Source: Roseibacillus sp. (GTDB lineage Bacteria > Verrucomicrobiota > Verrucomicrobiia > Verrucomicrobiales > Akkermansiaceae). From it: a stretch of DNA of 64,000 bases. Below the pieces are notes generated by a model. That model was not told the origin of the DNA and searched no databases. It saw only the letters and a list, made by a program, of their open reading frames with translations. Below are positions 27,363-37,864 of this stretch, piece after piece; within the stretch, counting starts at the first letter, position 1; every line of letters begins with the position of its first letter. The position numbers were made by a program, and so were the translations under genes. The stretch covers positions 1,664,001 to 1,728,000 of the forward strand of contig JBPOGI010000001.1 in assembly GCA_051251855.1 (NCBI GenBank), written 5' to 3'.

Positions 27363-29504
27363 ATGAAGGTCGCACACTCCTTCTTCAGGGTCCTGTTTTT
27401 GAGCCTGTTGACCATTTTCACGGCAGTAGCTCAGGAAGAAACAGACCCTTCAAAGCTCGATCCCTCCGATATTTACTTCCAAGGGTGGATGGCCCTTCGA
27501 GATGCCGACGAATATCATAAGGAAGAAGATTTCCAAAAGGCCTTCGAGGCAGCCACTCGCTGCAAGCGCCTTATCGACACCGTCACGCTCTACCACCCTC
27601 AATGGAAGCCGCACCTCATTGAACGTAAGCAAAAAGAGGCTCTTTCCAAGCTGGAAACCTTAGCCTCACTCCTTCCTGACCTGAACAACTCAGGCCTCCG
27701 CCTCTATCAGGGAAATGCCGCCGCTCCCACTCCCACAGTCTCTCCGGGGCTTACTCCTGCGGAAGTGATGCAAGCCACCCAGATTCAACGAGAACTCGCC
27801 GAGATAAGAACCAAACTCTCTAAAGCTGACGACCTGCGCAATGCTGAGGCCGCCCGTTACCAACGCCGCATTCGCGAACTGACTGCAGAGCGCGACAAAC
27901 TGGCCGAGTCCACACTCCAAATGGAGGTCAAGGAACTCAAAAACCGCATCGACCTCGTCGAAGAAGAGAAACGTATTCTCGCCCGCCAGCTCTCCGACAC
28001 CCGAGGCGAACTCGACCAAGCTCTCACCAAAGTTGCGGACCTCGACAAAAAGGAAAAAGAATCACGCAAGGTCGCCAACCAACTTAACGAAATGCTCAAA
28101 AAGGAGCGGAACGTTGCCGGAGACGTCATCGACGGACTCCGAGGACAGCAGCAAAAGCTCACCAAGGAGCTCAAAGAAACCAAGCAACTTCTTGCTGTCG
28201 AACGCCAACAATCCCAACGTCTGGAACGCCTTCTCACTGACGCCCGCGGAGAAGTCGAATCTCTCACCACCGAGCGCAACCACCTCTTAAAGGAGCGAGA
28301 CCACCTTTCCGAGCTTCTGCAACTCAACCAGGGCGACCGTATTCAGAGGCTCATCGAGCAAAACATGACCCTCGCCCGCAACCTCCGTGAGGCCGAGGAA
28401 GCGATGCAAAACCTCGTCAACAACGCCGATGCTAACGCCGAGGATCTTCTGAATGCCAAACGCGACCTCGCCATGGCTAAATCTCAAATCATCGATTCGC
28501 GCCAAGAGAGCGATGCCGAATTAGAGCGAAATCAGAGCCTCGAACTTAAACTCAAAGACGCTTACGCAGAGCTGAAGGCCCGCGAGAATCTCGCTGATAT
28601 CGACTCCGACCTCTTGGAAGAAAACCGAGTGCTTCGCGATGTTGCCGACCGCCTCATCCGCACCCAAAAACGACGCCGAGAAGAAGCCAACCTCTTACTT
28701 CAAACAGCCAAAGAAGATAAAGAAGACGAAACCCTCATGGCCGCTGTTCAGCAGCTTGTCGGCGAGGAGATCAACCTCACTCCCGACGAAAAGCTCATGT
28801 TCAACCGCGCTGGCGCCGACGGGCAGTTCAAGCTCAACATGGGCCGTAACAATCCTGAAGATGTGGAGCTCAGCAACGCCCAACTCCGCCGCTACATCTC
28901 CGCCCTCGGAACCGCTATCGAAAAGGCCTACTCACGTGGCAAAACCGAAGTTGCTTTGGACCTCTGCGAACAACTTCTCGACGAACATCCTGGGCACGTC
29001 CCAACCATGGTCAACCAAGGGGTCATTCGGCTCAAAATGGGCTTTCCTGATATGGCCATCGAGTCCTTCAACAATGCCGCCACTATGCAAATCGCCCCCT
29101 TGCCTTACGCTCATTACATGAAGGGTGTGGCCTACCACTCCCTCAAAAAGTTCGAAAACGCCCAGAAGGAATACGAACTCGCTATCAAACTCGACTCAAC
29201 CAATGCCGACGCCCATAGCCGCCTCGGCGGTATTTACGTCCAACAAGGCCGCACCGGCGAAGCCCGCGAATTATTCGAAAAGGCCTATCGTATCGACAAT
29301 AACAAACCCGGCCCCCTCTTTAACTTAGCTCTCCTCCACAGCAGACTGAACGAGGAAAAAGCGGCCCTCAACTACTACCGACAATTTAGGAAAGCAGGCG
29401 GCCAACCCAACCCCGACTTTGAACGCATGCTCTCCAAAGCAAAACCTGAGGCGACGGAAGAACCCATCCCCTCGACCGCAACACCAGTGATCTCGGCTCC
29501 CTAG
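27363..29504 (+). CDS. Exported coiled-coil plus C-terminal TPR protein
   Basis: Signal peptide ending AVA-QE, long heptad-rich middle, TPR repeats (YAHYMKG, AHSRLG, PLFNLA). Confidence 0.82.
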   Translation: MKVAHSFFRVLFLSLLTIFTAVAQEETDPSKLDPSDIYFQGWMALRDADEYHKEEDFQKAFEAATRCKRLIDTVTLYHPQWKPHLIERKQKEALSKLETLASLLPDLNNSGLRLYQGNAAAPTPTVSPGLTPAEVMQATQIQRELAEIRTKLSKADDLRNAEAARYQRRIRELTAERDKLAESTLQMEVKELKNRIDLVEEEKRILARQLSDTRGELDQALTKVADLDKKEKESRKVANQLNEMLKKERNVAGDVIDGLRGQQQKLTKELKETKQLLAVERQQSQRLERLLTDARGEVESLTTERNHLLKERDHLSELLQLNQGDRIQRLIEQNMTLARNLREAEEAMQNLVNNADANAEDLLNAKRDLAMAKSQIIDSRQESDAELERNQSLELKLKDAYAELKARENLADIDSDLLEENRVLRDVADRLIRTQKRRREEANLLLQTAKEDKEDETLMAAVQQLVGEEINLTPDEKLMFNRAGADGQFKLNMGRNNPEDVELSNAQLRRYISALGTAIEKAYSRGKTEVALDLCEQLLDEHPGHVPTMVNQGVIRLKMGFPDMAIESFNNAATMQIAPLPYAHYMKGVAYHSLKKFENAQKEYELAIKLDSTNADAHSRLGGIYVQQGRTGEARELFEKAYRIDNNKPGPLFNLALLHSRLNEEKAALNYYRQFRKAGGQPNPDFERMLSKAKPEATEEPIPSTATPVISAP

Positions 29505-29531
29505 TCTTCTTAGCTCGATCTACTTCTCGCA

Positions 29532-30350
29532 ATGCCTGGCCCTACTACCGAGCACCCCGTGGCGCTCACCATCGCCGGCTTCGACACCTGCGCGGGAGCG
29601 GGACTCCAAGCCGATCTACTCACCTTCCACAATCACGGATACCACTGCCTCACTGCTTGCACTTCACTTGTCGTCGAGACACCCCATCAAGTCCGAGAAG
29701 TCAAAGCCATCAGCGCCGACCTTCTTCTGCAACAAATCGAACTCCTTCTCGCCACCTATTCCGTCAGCGCTATCAAAGTCGGTCTTCTCGCTTCCCCTGA
29801 CCAAGTTATGGTCTTGGGCGAAATCCTAGGAGGCCAAAGGGTGCCCATCGTCGTCGATCCCGTAGGAACCTCCACCACCGGCTCAAAACTCCAAGAACCA
29901 GGAACATCCCAAGCCCTTATCGAACAACTTGCCCCCCTATCAACCCTTCTCACCCCAAATCTTCCCGAAGCGAGGCTCCTTCTTGGTGGCAACTCAGACC
30001 TCCCTGCTGACCAAGTCGCCTCCCTTCTTGCACGTAAAATCGAAACCAGCGTACTTCTCACCGGGGGGCATAACGACTCTGGCTCCGATGTCTGCGATCT
30101 TCTTATTCACGAAGGCCAAAGCGAGCCTTTCTGCGCTCCCCGAATTGAAACGTCCGACTCTCTTCACGGCACCGGCTGCGTCCTTTCCTCCGCCATCGCC
30201 GCCGCGCTAGGAAAAAATGCAAATTTCCCAACCGCAATCACTTCTGCACGACGCTATCTTCGTGCAGCCATGACTCATCACCTCTCTTTCCCTCATTCGG
30301 CGCCCCTCCTTGCGCTCAATCATCATCCCACAGGAAGCCACGACCAATGA
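29532..30350 (+). CDS. thiD: Hydroxymethylpyrimidine/phosphomethylpyrimidine kinase
   Basis: ALTIAGFDTCAGAGLQADL, IKVG, VVDPV, LTPNLPEA, HGTGC. Confidence 0.88.
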   Translation: MPGPTTEHPVALTIAGFDTCAGAGLQADLLTFHNHGYHCLTACTSLVVETPHQVREVKAISADLLLQQIELLLATYSVSAIKVGLLASPDQVMVLGEILGGQRVPIVVDPVGTSTTGSKLQEPGTSQALIEQLAPLSTLLTPNLPEARLLLGGNSDLPADQVASLLARKIETSVLLTGGHNDSGSDVCDLLIHEGQSEPFCAPRIETSDSLHGTGCVLSSAIAAALGKNANFPTAITSARRYLRAAMTHHLSFPHSAPLLALNHHPTGSHDQ

Positions 30351-30425
30351 TTGCGTCCCTGCCATTCTCGGGCTAACTTTCTCCGCAAGGGAGATGATTC
30401 TCAGGCTCATTTCCTTCGAAAACCA

Positions 30426-32990
30426 ATGAAGTTTTTGCGACTTATACCCCTACTTTCACTGACTTTCGCACTCAATGCGAAGGCTCAGGAAAATTTAGAC
30501 CCTGCGATCGAGCGTGCTGCCGTCGAGGAATCACGAGCCGAATCTTGGTTTGCTGAAGCCAACAAAGTCTACGAATACGGCAAAAGCGAACAAACCAACA
30601 AAAATTTTTCTACCGCCGCCCGTGCTTTCGCCGCCTGCATTCCGATGTTCGAGCGTTTTGCCAACACCTACTCCAAACATCCCGACGCACCCAAGGCTCT
30701 TTATCGAGCTGGAGTTGCCAACCTTCTCATCGGTCGCCGCGAAGCCGCTGAATCTAAATTCATCAGCACTCTGATGATGACCAAAAAGAGAGGTCAGACC
30801 GCTGCTACGGCTGCTTTCCGTTTAGGAGCGCTCGCCTACAACGACGAGTTTTTTAAAACCGCCCTTCCTCATTTCGCCGTCACCGCGAATCAGACCGACA
30901 GTCCCGACCTCCGCCACAAAGCGCTCAACTACCAAGCTCGCTGCCTTCTTCTCACCCAACGCATTCCAGAAGCCAAAACCGTCCTCAAGAAGCTAGTCGA
31001 CGATACTCACAAACCGAATGACTTCCGCGACCAAGCCCGCCTCGCCTTGGCCCACATTTCCGCCACCTCTGGTAAGCTCGCTGAAGCTTTTGAGCTCTAC
31101 CAAGCCCTCGCTGGAATCAAGACCACCGACCCAGCGCTCTTAGGAATCAAAGCTCAAGCTATTGTCCACGGTGGCATGACTGCCATGCGATTGGGCAAGT
31201 CGGAACAAGGATTCAGCATGCTCAACGAAGCTTTGGAAACCATTGGCCTTCCAGACGAGTCCAAAGCTGAAGCTCAGCTCATGCTTATGCAGCACGAATT
31301 TTCAGCGGGAAAATATGACCGTGTTCAGGAGCTCTATCGCCTCGGCCCCTTTAACGCTGCCCGCCCCGAAACCACTGCCGAAACTCTCCTTTACGCCGGA
31401 CGAGCCTCGGCCAAACTCGGCCAACACAATGCGGCGGTAGAGATGTTTATCAGTGTCGACCGTATCGTCCCTAACACCAGAATGGCTTACGAAGCCAGCT
31501 ATCGCAAACTCCTCTCCTTTTACGAGATGAGGGGCACCAATATCCCAGAACTCGTCAACACCTTCGTAGAACTCTACAAAGGAAGTAAGTTTGGCAAAAA
31601 CAGCCCTTGGATTCAAGAAGCTCGCGTCATGAAAGCCGAAACTTATTTCAGCTTCGAAGATTATGAAAACGCAACCGAAGCTTGGACGCGTGTCAATATC
31701 GCCAAACTTCCCAAACCTCTACAAGGCCCAGCGCTCTTTAAAACGGGATGGTCTCTGGTCGAGAATGGCGACTACAACAGCGCCATCGGAATTCTCTCAG
31801 AATTCATCTCACGCTATCCCGAATCTCCTGATGTCCAAGCGGCCACCGCCAAGCGCGCTCAATCCTACCTTGAAGTGGGCGACCGCGTTTCCGCACTCAC
31901 CGATTGCGAACGCATCCTTGAGAATAAGCAGAACTCTCCAGCCCTCAGTGCCTTTGCCCTCCAACTTTCCGGTCGCCTCTATCGCGCAGAGCGCCAGAAT
32001 AAAAAGATGATCGCCGCGTATCAGACTCTGCTGAAGGACTACGACCAACAGAGCCAAGACACCGTTGCCAGGGCCAACTACAACATGGGTCTTGGATACT
32101 TCGACGAAGGAGAATTCGATACTGCTCTCGTTCACCTCAACAAGGCGCGCAACCTCGTCCCCGAGTTTTACGAAGACCCAGCAGGAACCACTATTGCGCT
32201 GTGTTACTACCGCCTTAAAGACTCGGACGAGCTACGCAAAACAGTGTCCCGACTCTACGCAATCAACCCTAAGAAGGTTCTCCCTCGTCGGCTTCTCGTA
32301 TGGCTCGGCCTCCAAATGTATGAAAAGTCCAACTTCGCCGCCGCTGATCACTATCTCTCACTTGTCGTCGCTGCTGACAACCCAGATGAACCCGACACCG
32401 GGCTCTGGAAAGCTTTAGCCAAATCTCGCCTCGAACTTCCGGGTAAAGAAACAAGTGCCTTGGAGGCCGTCGAAGTCATTCTTGCCAACGAAGATGATGC
32501 CTTCTGGCGTTGTGACGCTTTCTTGGACAAAGCGAATGGGCTCATTTCTCTTGGTCGCTGGGATGAGGCTGAAATCTCCGCCCACCGCGGTCTTGACCTC
32601 GACCCACAAGGCACCATTAAGGCCAGCCTGCATCTCGCCCTCGGTGATATCTCGCTCGCCCGCGCCGACTACCACGCCGCAGCTTCCTCCTACGTTCGAG
32701 CCGCCGAGTTTTTCCTTAACGACACTTCCATTCAGCCCTTGGCTCTCTATAAGGCAGCTTGGTGTCTCAACAAAGCCGGTGACGATTCGGCAGCGAGCGC
32801 CTTCGAAGAAAGACTCCGCATGGACCATCCCGACTGGAAGGCCCCCGCCAGCTTCAATATCAAGCCGGGCTCCGCCCTTCAGCCCAATACCGTCCAGACC
32901 CCCAAACCCCAAACCACAGACTCTAACAAGCCTGCTCCCAACCAAAAGACTCCAGCTCTCCCGCCTGGAATTACCCCTGTGAGCAATTAG
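30426..32990 (+). CDS. Large exported TPR protein
   Basis: Signal peptide MKFLRL..AKA-QE; many TPR-like helix pairs (ALYRAG, ALFKTGW, ANYNMG, ALYKAAW). Confidence 0.85.
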   Translation: MKFLRLIPLLSLTFALNAKAQENLDPAIERAAVEESRAESWFAEANKVYEYGKSEQTNKNFSTAARAFAACIPMFERFANTYSKHPDAPKALYRAGVANLLIGRREAAESKFISTLMMTKKRGQTAATAAFRLGALAYNDEFFKTALPHFAVTANQTDSPDLRHKALNYQARCLLLTQRIPEAKTVLKKLVDDTHKPNDFRDQARLALAHISATSGKLAEAFELYQALAGIKTTDPALLGIKAQAIVHGGMTAMRLGKSEQGFSMLNEALETIGLPDESKAEAQLMLMQHEFSAGKYDRVQELYRLGPFNAARPETTAETLLYAGRASAKLGQHNAAVEMFISVDRIVPNTRMAYEASYRKLLSFYEMRGTNIPELVNTFVELYKGSKFGKNSPWIQEARVMKAETYFSFEDYENATEAWTRVNIAKLPKPLQGPALFKTGWSLVENGDYNSAIGILSEFISRYPESPDVQAATAKRAQSYLEVGDRVSALTDCERILENKQNSPALSAFALQLSGRLYRAERQNKKMIAAYQTLLKDYDQQSQDTVARANYNMGLGYFDEGEFDTALVHLNKARNLVPEFYEDPAGTTIALCYYRLKDSDELRKTVSRLYAINPKKVLPRRLLVWLGLQMYEKSNFAAADHYLSLVVAADNPDEPDTGLWKALAKSRLELPGKETSALEAVEVILANEDDAFWRCDAFLDKANGLISLGRWDEAEISAHRGLDLDPQGTIKASLHLALGDISLARADYHAAASSYVRAAEFFLNDTSIQPLALYKAAWCLNKAGDDSAASAFEERLRMDHPDWKAPASFNIKPGSALQPNTVQTPKPQTTDSNKPAPNQKTPALPPGITPVSN

Positions 32991-33003
32991 CTATCTGACT
33001 TTC

Positions 33004-33411
33004 ATGCACGCCAGCGCATTCCAAGACGCGATTTCAGCCATCGTCCACCGCGACTCGCGCTTTGAGCCCGACGCCTACTTTTTTCTCAAAGAGGCCCTCG
33101 ATTTTACCGTTAAACGAGCAAAAGAAGAGAACGAAGGAGAAAACCGTCATGTCTCCGGTCCTGAGCTTCTCGTCGGATTTCGCGACTTTGCGCTCGAACA
33201 ATTTGGCCCTATGGCCACCACTGTACTCCGTGAGTGGGGCGTTCGTTGCTGCACTCATGTAGGCGAGATGGTCTTCGCCCTTATTGGCGAACAGGTCTTT
33301 GGTAAGCAAGACTCTGATACTCTCGAAGACTTCGGAGACATCTTCGACTTTCAAGATGCGTTCGTCGTGCCCTTCCTACCGAAAGAAAGCGCTCACCTTC
33401 CGAGGACCTAA
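33004..33411 (+). CDS. Minf_1886-type conserved PVC-superphylum protein
   Basis: DSRFEPDAYFFLKEALD..RHVSGPELL.G.R..A..QFGPMA..VL..WGV....GEMVF.LI...F.K...D..EDF. Confidence 0.8.
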   Translation: MHASAFQDAISAIVHRDSRFEPDAYFFLKEALDFTVKRAKEENEGENRHVSGPELLVGFRDFALEQFGPMATTVLREWGVRCCTHVGEMVFALIGEQVFGKQDSDTLEDFGDIFDFQDAFVVPFLPKESAHLPRT

Positions 33412-33458
33412 TCTCCTAACAATCCAGCTTAGAGTAACGCTTAATAAATTTTCTGAAT

Positions 33459-34688
33459 ATGAGTTCTGCCCCAGCCACCAAAAAGGCCAAACGAGTCAAC
33501 GTCCGCCGCCCCGAAGTCATGGAACTGGTGCAAGCCGAAGTCGAAAAACACTACCGCTCTGCGGTTGTGGAAAAGCTCAAAAAACTCGGTGGATCTCTCA
33601 CCATTGGCAACACCACCGTTCGCCTCGCCCAGCAATTTGGATTTTGCTACGGAGTCGAGCGAGCCATCGATCTCGCCTACGCCTCCCGCCGCGTCTTCCC
33701 CGAACAGAACATCTTTCTTATTGGAGAAATCATCCACAATCCCGAGGTCAACCGTCAACTTTCCGACATGGGTATCAAAACCCTTCCTTGGAAAGAGATG
33801 AACGAACAATACGAAGAACTTACCGAAGAAGATGTCGTCATCGTGCCAGCCTTCGGCGCTCCTAGCGAGTTCATGGACAAACTCGCTGAAAAGGGCTGCT
33901 ACATCATCGACACCACCTGCGGCGATGTGATGAAGGTTTGGCGCCGTGTTCGCACCTACGCCAAGTCCGGGGTCACTTCCATTATTCACGGCAAAAAGGG
34001 CCACGAAGAAACACGTGCCACCGCCTCCCGCGCTCTCGGAGAAGCCGGTAACGGTCACTATCTCATCATCCTTACTCTTTCCGAGACCGACTACGTTTGC
34101 GACTACCTCGCCAACGGAGGAGACCGCAAAGACTTTTATCAGCGATTTGAAGGAGCCACCTCTCCCGACTTTGACCCCGACATCCACCTCAAGCAAGTCG
34201 GTGTTGCCAACCAAACCACCATGCTCAAGTCGGAGACCGAAGAAATGGGCCGACGCATTCGAACCGCTGTCATGAAACGAGATGGTGACGACAGCAACTA
34301 TCTCGTTTTCGACACTATTTGTGGAGCTACTCAAGAACGCCAAGATGCACTTTTTGAGATGCTCACCGCCCCCATGGACATTCTCCTCGTCGTCGGCGGC
34401 TATAATTCCTCCAATACCACTCACTTGGTAGAAATCGGACAAGAAGAACTCCCCACCTTCTTCATCCAAGACGCCGAATGCCTCACCTCTCTCGAGACCA
34501 TTGCGCACTACGATTTAACTCAAAAGGCCGAAATTAATTCCGACTACCCCGGCAAAATGATGACCGATAAACCTATCGTCATTGGCGTCACTGCCGGAGC
34601 CTCCTGCCCTTCCAACCTTATCGAAGCCACCATTCTAAGAGCTTTCGAACTCCGCGGCATTTCTCGCGATCAAGTTTACGCAGCATAA
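33459..34688 (+). CDS. ispH: 4-hydroxy-3-methylbut-2-enyl diphosphate reductase (long form)
   Basis: FGFCYGVERA, EIIHNP, DTTC, HEET, NQTT, DTICGATQERQ, GGYNSSNT, TAGASCP. Confidence 0.95.
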   Translation: MSSAPATKKAKRVNVRRPEVMELVQAEVEKHYRSAVVEKLKKLGGSLTIGNTTVRLAQQFGFCYGVERAIDLAYASRRVFPEQNIFLIGEIIHNPEVNRQLSDMGIKTLPWKEMNEQYEELTEEDVVIVPAFGAPSEFMDKLAEKGCYIIDTTCGDVMKVWRRVRTYAKSGVTSIIHGKKGHEETRATASRALGEAGNGHYLIILTLSETDYVCDYLANGGDRKDFYQRFEGATSPDFDPDIHLKQVGVANQTTMLKSETEEMGRRIRTAVMKRDGDDSNYLVFDTICGATQERQDALFEMLTAPMDILLVVGGYNSSNTTHLVEIGQEELPTFFIQDAECLTSLETIAHYDLTQKAEINSDYPGKMMTDKPIVIGVTAGASCPSNLIEATILRAFELRGISRDQVYAA

Positions 34689-34767
34689 GCCCCACTCCAT
34701 TACCGACCATTTTTTCGCATCCCATTTGAACAACGAGCCTCACAAGAGCGTCCCAACTATAGTAACC

Positions 34768-35745
34768 ATGCTACGATTTTTCATTTTCCTTTCTCTTCTA
34801 ACGACACTCGCCGCTAAGGAGTTTCAGATCACAGCCATTGCAGCTAAAGTCAACGGACACGCCATCACTAAGAAAGAAGTCGAAGGCCTCTTGGCCCCTC
34901 GCCGTGAGATGCTCCAAGCGATGTATCCCCGCCAAGGCGAAATCTACCAACGACGCCTCAAAGAATTTCGTGATAAAATTCTCGAACAACTTATCAACAA
35001 CGAACTCCTTCTTTCCGAAGTCGAAGGCAAAGGCAACATCCCTGACCACATTGTCGAACAGGAAATTGCCCGAATCATTCGTGAAAACTACGATGGGAAG
35101 GAAGAAAAATTCAATACCTTCCTGCGAGAGAACGGGCTCACCCGACGCAGTTTCCGCGAGCAACAGCGCGAACAAATTCTCGTTCAAGCCTACCGCTCCC
35201 AACAATTCGGGGACATCGCCCCTCCCACCGAAGCTGAGATCAAAGCCAAGTATCAAGAACGCAAAGTCGCCATGCGCGATCGAACTAAAGACTCCATCGA
35301 TTTTCGAAAAATTTTCCTCATTGCCCGAGATCGACTCGACCCCAACGTCACTCCTGAAAGTCAACTCGCCCTCGCTGAGCAAATCCACCTCGAACTCGAA
35401 GGCGGAGCCGACTTCACCGAACTCGCCAAGAAGCATTCCAACGGAGCCTTCGCCAGCGAGGGAGGACTTCAAGAAGGTGCAAAGCGTACCGACTTTACCA
35501 TGTCTTTCGGCGACGCCCTATTTGAAGAATCCAAAGCCGGCGACCTTGTTGGCCCGCTCACAGACCCTGCCGGATTTACCATCGTCAAAATTCTCAAGAT
35601 TCACTATGGCCCCGCTCCACCACTCTCCGACAAAGAAGTGAAGGAACGCATGAAGAAAGAGGTCAATATCGAAAAGCGCACCGAAAAGTATGATAAGTGG
35701 ATCAAGACTCTCAAAGAGCATGCCATGATCGACATCCGCGAATAA
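34768..35745 (+). CDS. SurA/PrsA-type parvulin peptidyl-prolyl isomerase/chaperone
   Basis: Signal peptide, IAAKVNGHAIT, GADFTELAKKHS..GG, GP....GF.IVK. Confidence 0.85.
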   Translation: MLRFFIFLSLLTTLAAKEFQITAIAAKVNGHAITKKEVEGLLAPRREMLQAMYPRQGEIYQRRLKEFRDKILEQLINNELLLSEVEGKGNIPDHIVEQEIARIIRENYDGKEEKFNTFLRENGLTRRSFREQQREQILVQAYRSQQFGDIAPPTEAEIKAKYQERKVAMRDRTKDSIDFRKIFLIARDRLDPNVTPESQLALAEQIHLELEGGADFTELAKKHSNGAFASEGGLQEGAKRTDFTMSFGDALFEESKAGDLVGPLTDPAGFTIVKILKIHYGPAPPLSDKEVKERMKKEVNIEKRTEKYDKWIKTLKEHAMIDIRE

Positions 35746-35807
35746 AAAGAAGCGTCTCTTTCACTTTTTCAGTTTTTCATTTCACCATTTTCCGGTTTCC
35801 TCTCCCC

Positions 35808-36905
35808 GTGCCCACCGAAACCGTCTCCCTCGCCTCTGCAAACTACGAAATCCTCGTAGAGAGCGGCTCCCTTCAGCGCCTTGGGCAACACGTCAAAATC
35901 GCAGGTCTTTCCGGCAAGGCAGCCCTCATCACCGACAGCAACGTCGGCCCCCTTTACCTTGCCACTGCTCAGTCCTCGCTAGAAGAGGCCGGATATCAGG
36001 TCTCCACCCACCTCTTCCCCGCAGGCGAAGGCTCTAAGTCCATGACTCAGGCCGATGAACTCTGCCGCAGTCTCATCCAAGCCGGCCACGACCGTTCCTC
36101 CTTCGTTGTCGCTCTCGGCGGTGGTGTTACAGGCGACCTCGCAGGCTTCGTCGCGGCTATCTACTACCGAGGCATCCCCATTGTCCAAATTCCCACCACC
36201 ATCGTTTCTCAAGTCGATTCCTCGGTAGGCGGCAAAACAGGCGTGAACACCCCTGAGGGCAAAAATCTTCTTGGCTCTTTCCATCAGCCCTCTCTCGTCC
36301 TCATCGACCCCGCTACCCTCACTTCTCTCCACCCACGCGAATACCGCGAAGGCTTCGCTGAAGTCATCAAACATGCCGCTATTCGCGACGCCGCCATGCT
36401 TGACGACCTCGCCCAGCTTGACCCTGAAGACCTCCCCCCACCCGCCGAACTTCTGCTACGCAATCTCGCCATCAAAGCGCGTATTGTAGAAGAAGACGAA
36501 AAGGAAACATCTGGCACCCGCGCTCTTCTCAACTTCGGCCACACCATTGGCCACGCTATCGAAGCTTCCCTACCCTACGGCGAACTCCTCCACGGCGAAG
36601 CCATCTCCCTCGGCATCCGCGCCGCTCTCTACCTTTCCGAGAAACACTCCACCCTTACTCCCGAAGACAGCGAGCGCATCATCGCCCTCCTGCGTCGCTT
36701 TCAACTCCCTCTCATCCTCCCCGACGGCCTCAGCACCGAAGCCCTCATCGAAAAAATGGGACGCGACAAAAAATTCTCCGGCGGCCAGCGCACCTTCGTC
36801 CTTCTCTCTCAAGCAGGGCAGGCCCACACCAGCACCGAAGTCACCCCAGAATCCGTTACCAAAGCTATCGAACTTCTCAGGACTCCTTGCGAGCCGCTCT
36901 CTTAA
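35808..36905 (+). CDS. aroB: 3-dehydroquinate synthase
   Basis: GEGSKS, ALGGGVTGDLAGF, PTT..QVDSSVGGKTG, KNLLG.FHQP, LNFGHTIGHAIE, HGEA; GTG start at 35808. Confidence 0.95.
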   Translation: MPTETVSLASANYEILVESGSLQRLGQHVKIAGLSGKAALITDSNVGPLYLATAQSSLEEAGYQVSTHLFPAGEGSKSMTQADELCRSLIQAGHDRSSFVVALGGGVTGDLAGFVAAIYYRGIPIVQIPTTIVSQVDSSVGGKTGVNTPEGKNLLGSFHQPSLVLIDPATLTSLHPREYREGFAEVIKHAAIRDAAMLDDLAQLDPEDLPPPAELLLRNLAIKARIVEEDEKETSGTRALLNFGHTIGHAIEASLPYGELLHGEAISLGIRAALYLSEKHSTLTPEDSERIIALLRRFQLPLILPDGLSTEALIEKMGRDKKFSGGQRTFVLLSQAGQAHTSTEVTPESVTKAIELLRTPCEPLS

Positions 36906-37755
36906 GCTCCTCGACAAAGACCTCCTCCCAAGCTGCCAGCGTCCTCGTGGCCAACCACCCCACTCCCACGCAAAGAGGTTCCGGCTCTGGATCAAGCTTG
37001 ATAACACGGATTGGCTTGGGCAAAGCAGAGCCATCAGCCACGAACGCAAGCCCCATCCCCGCCTGTAACCCCATCCGCAGACTCGAAATTCCATCAAACT
37101 CGCCCGCCACCTTGGCATTCAGCCCATGGGTGGAAAAGTAATCCGTCACCTGCGCCCAATACCCGGGATAATCCGTCCTTGAGAGCAGAATCAACCTCTC
37201 TCCTTCTAGGTCTCCTGCCTTAATCTTCCTCTTCTTTTCGAAACGATGGCCTGCTGGCACCGCGATCCGAAAGTTTTTCTGTTTCAACACTTCCCAGCGA
37301 ATCTCTGCTTCACGAGTTGCCACCTCCAAGATGAGATCCAGGCTTCCTTGGCGCAACCCCTGCCACATCTCCTCCGTCGTCGAGTCATGAAGATGGACCT
37401 TCACGGTCGGATGCAACTGGCAAAAAACAGCCATCGCCTTCTCAATGATTCCACTCGCTAAACTTGGGGCAAACCCAATCCTCAGCTCAGCCCCCTCCAC
37501 CTCGCGCCGCATCCGCGACTCTCCAGCTTCCACCGCCTTCAGAATTCGTCGTCCTTCCCTCATGACTGTCTTTCCGGCTCGAGTCAAAGCTACCGACTTT
37601 CCGCCCCTCACCAAGAGCTCCCAGCCCATCTCGTCCTCAAAGCTTCTCACTTGGCGGCTTAAGGCTGGCTGAGTGATATTCAACACCCGTGCAGCCTCAG
37701 AAATATTTCCCCTCTCAGCAACTTCTACAAAATAACTCAACTTTCTCACATCCAC
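36877..37755 (-). CDS. LysR-family transcriptional regulator
   Basis: LSYFVEVAERGNISEAARVLNITQPALSRQV HTH; divergent from pirin. Confidence 0.95.
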   Translation of the reverse strand: MDVRKLSYFVEVAERGNISEAARVLNITQPALSRQVRSFEDEMGWELLVRGGKSVALTRAGKTVMREGRRILKAVEAGESRMRREVEGAELRIGFAPSLASGIIEKAMAVFCQLHPTVKVHLHDSTTEEMWQGLRQGSLDLILEVATREAEIRWEVLKQKNFRIAVPAGHRFEKKRKIKAGDLEGERLILLSRTDYPGYWAQVTDYFSTHGLNAKVAGEFDGISSLRMGLQAGMGLAFVADGSALPKPIRVIKLDPEPEPLCVGVGWLATRTLAAWEEVFVEELKRAARKES

Positions 37756-37792
37756 ACTCTCAACTTACCCAAACCAGAACAAATACTCAACC

Positions 37793-37807
37793 ATGCTCTA
37801 CAAACAT
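37793..37807. promoter_or_regulatory. Candidate LysR box (T-N11-A)
   Basis: ATG-N9-CAT dyad (ATGCTCTACAAACAT) in the lysR/pirin divergent gap. Confidence 0.45.
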
Positions 37808-37864
37808 ACTTAGCCAACCACGCTGGCATTGGCGTATTTTACCGTATCGAGGTATCTCTCGGAT

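Noticed and set aside
33441..34508. 355-aa ORF antisense to ispH, and similar ORFs opposite purL, dnaX, panC and hrpB
   Set aside because: Shadow frames of well-supported genes, favoured by the strong skew
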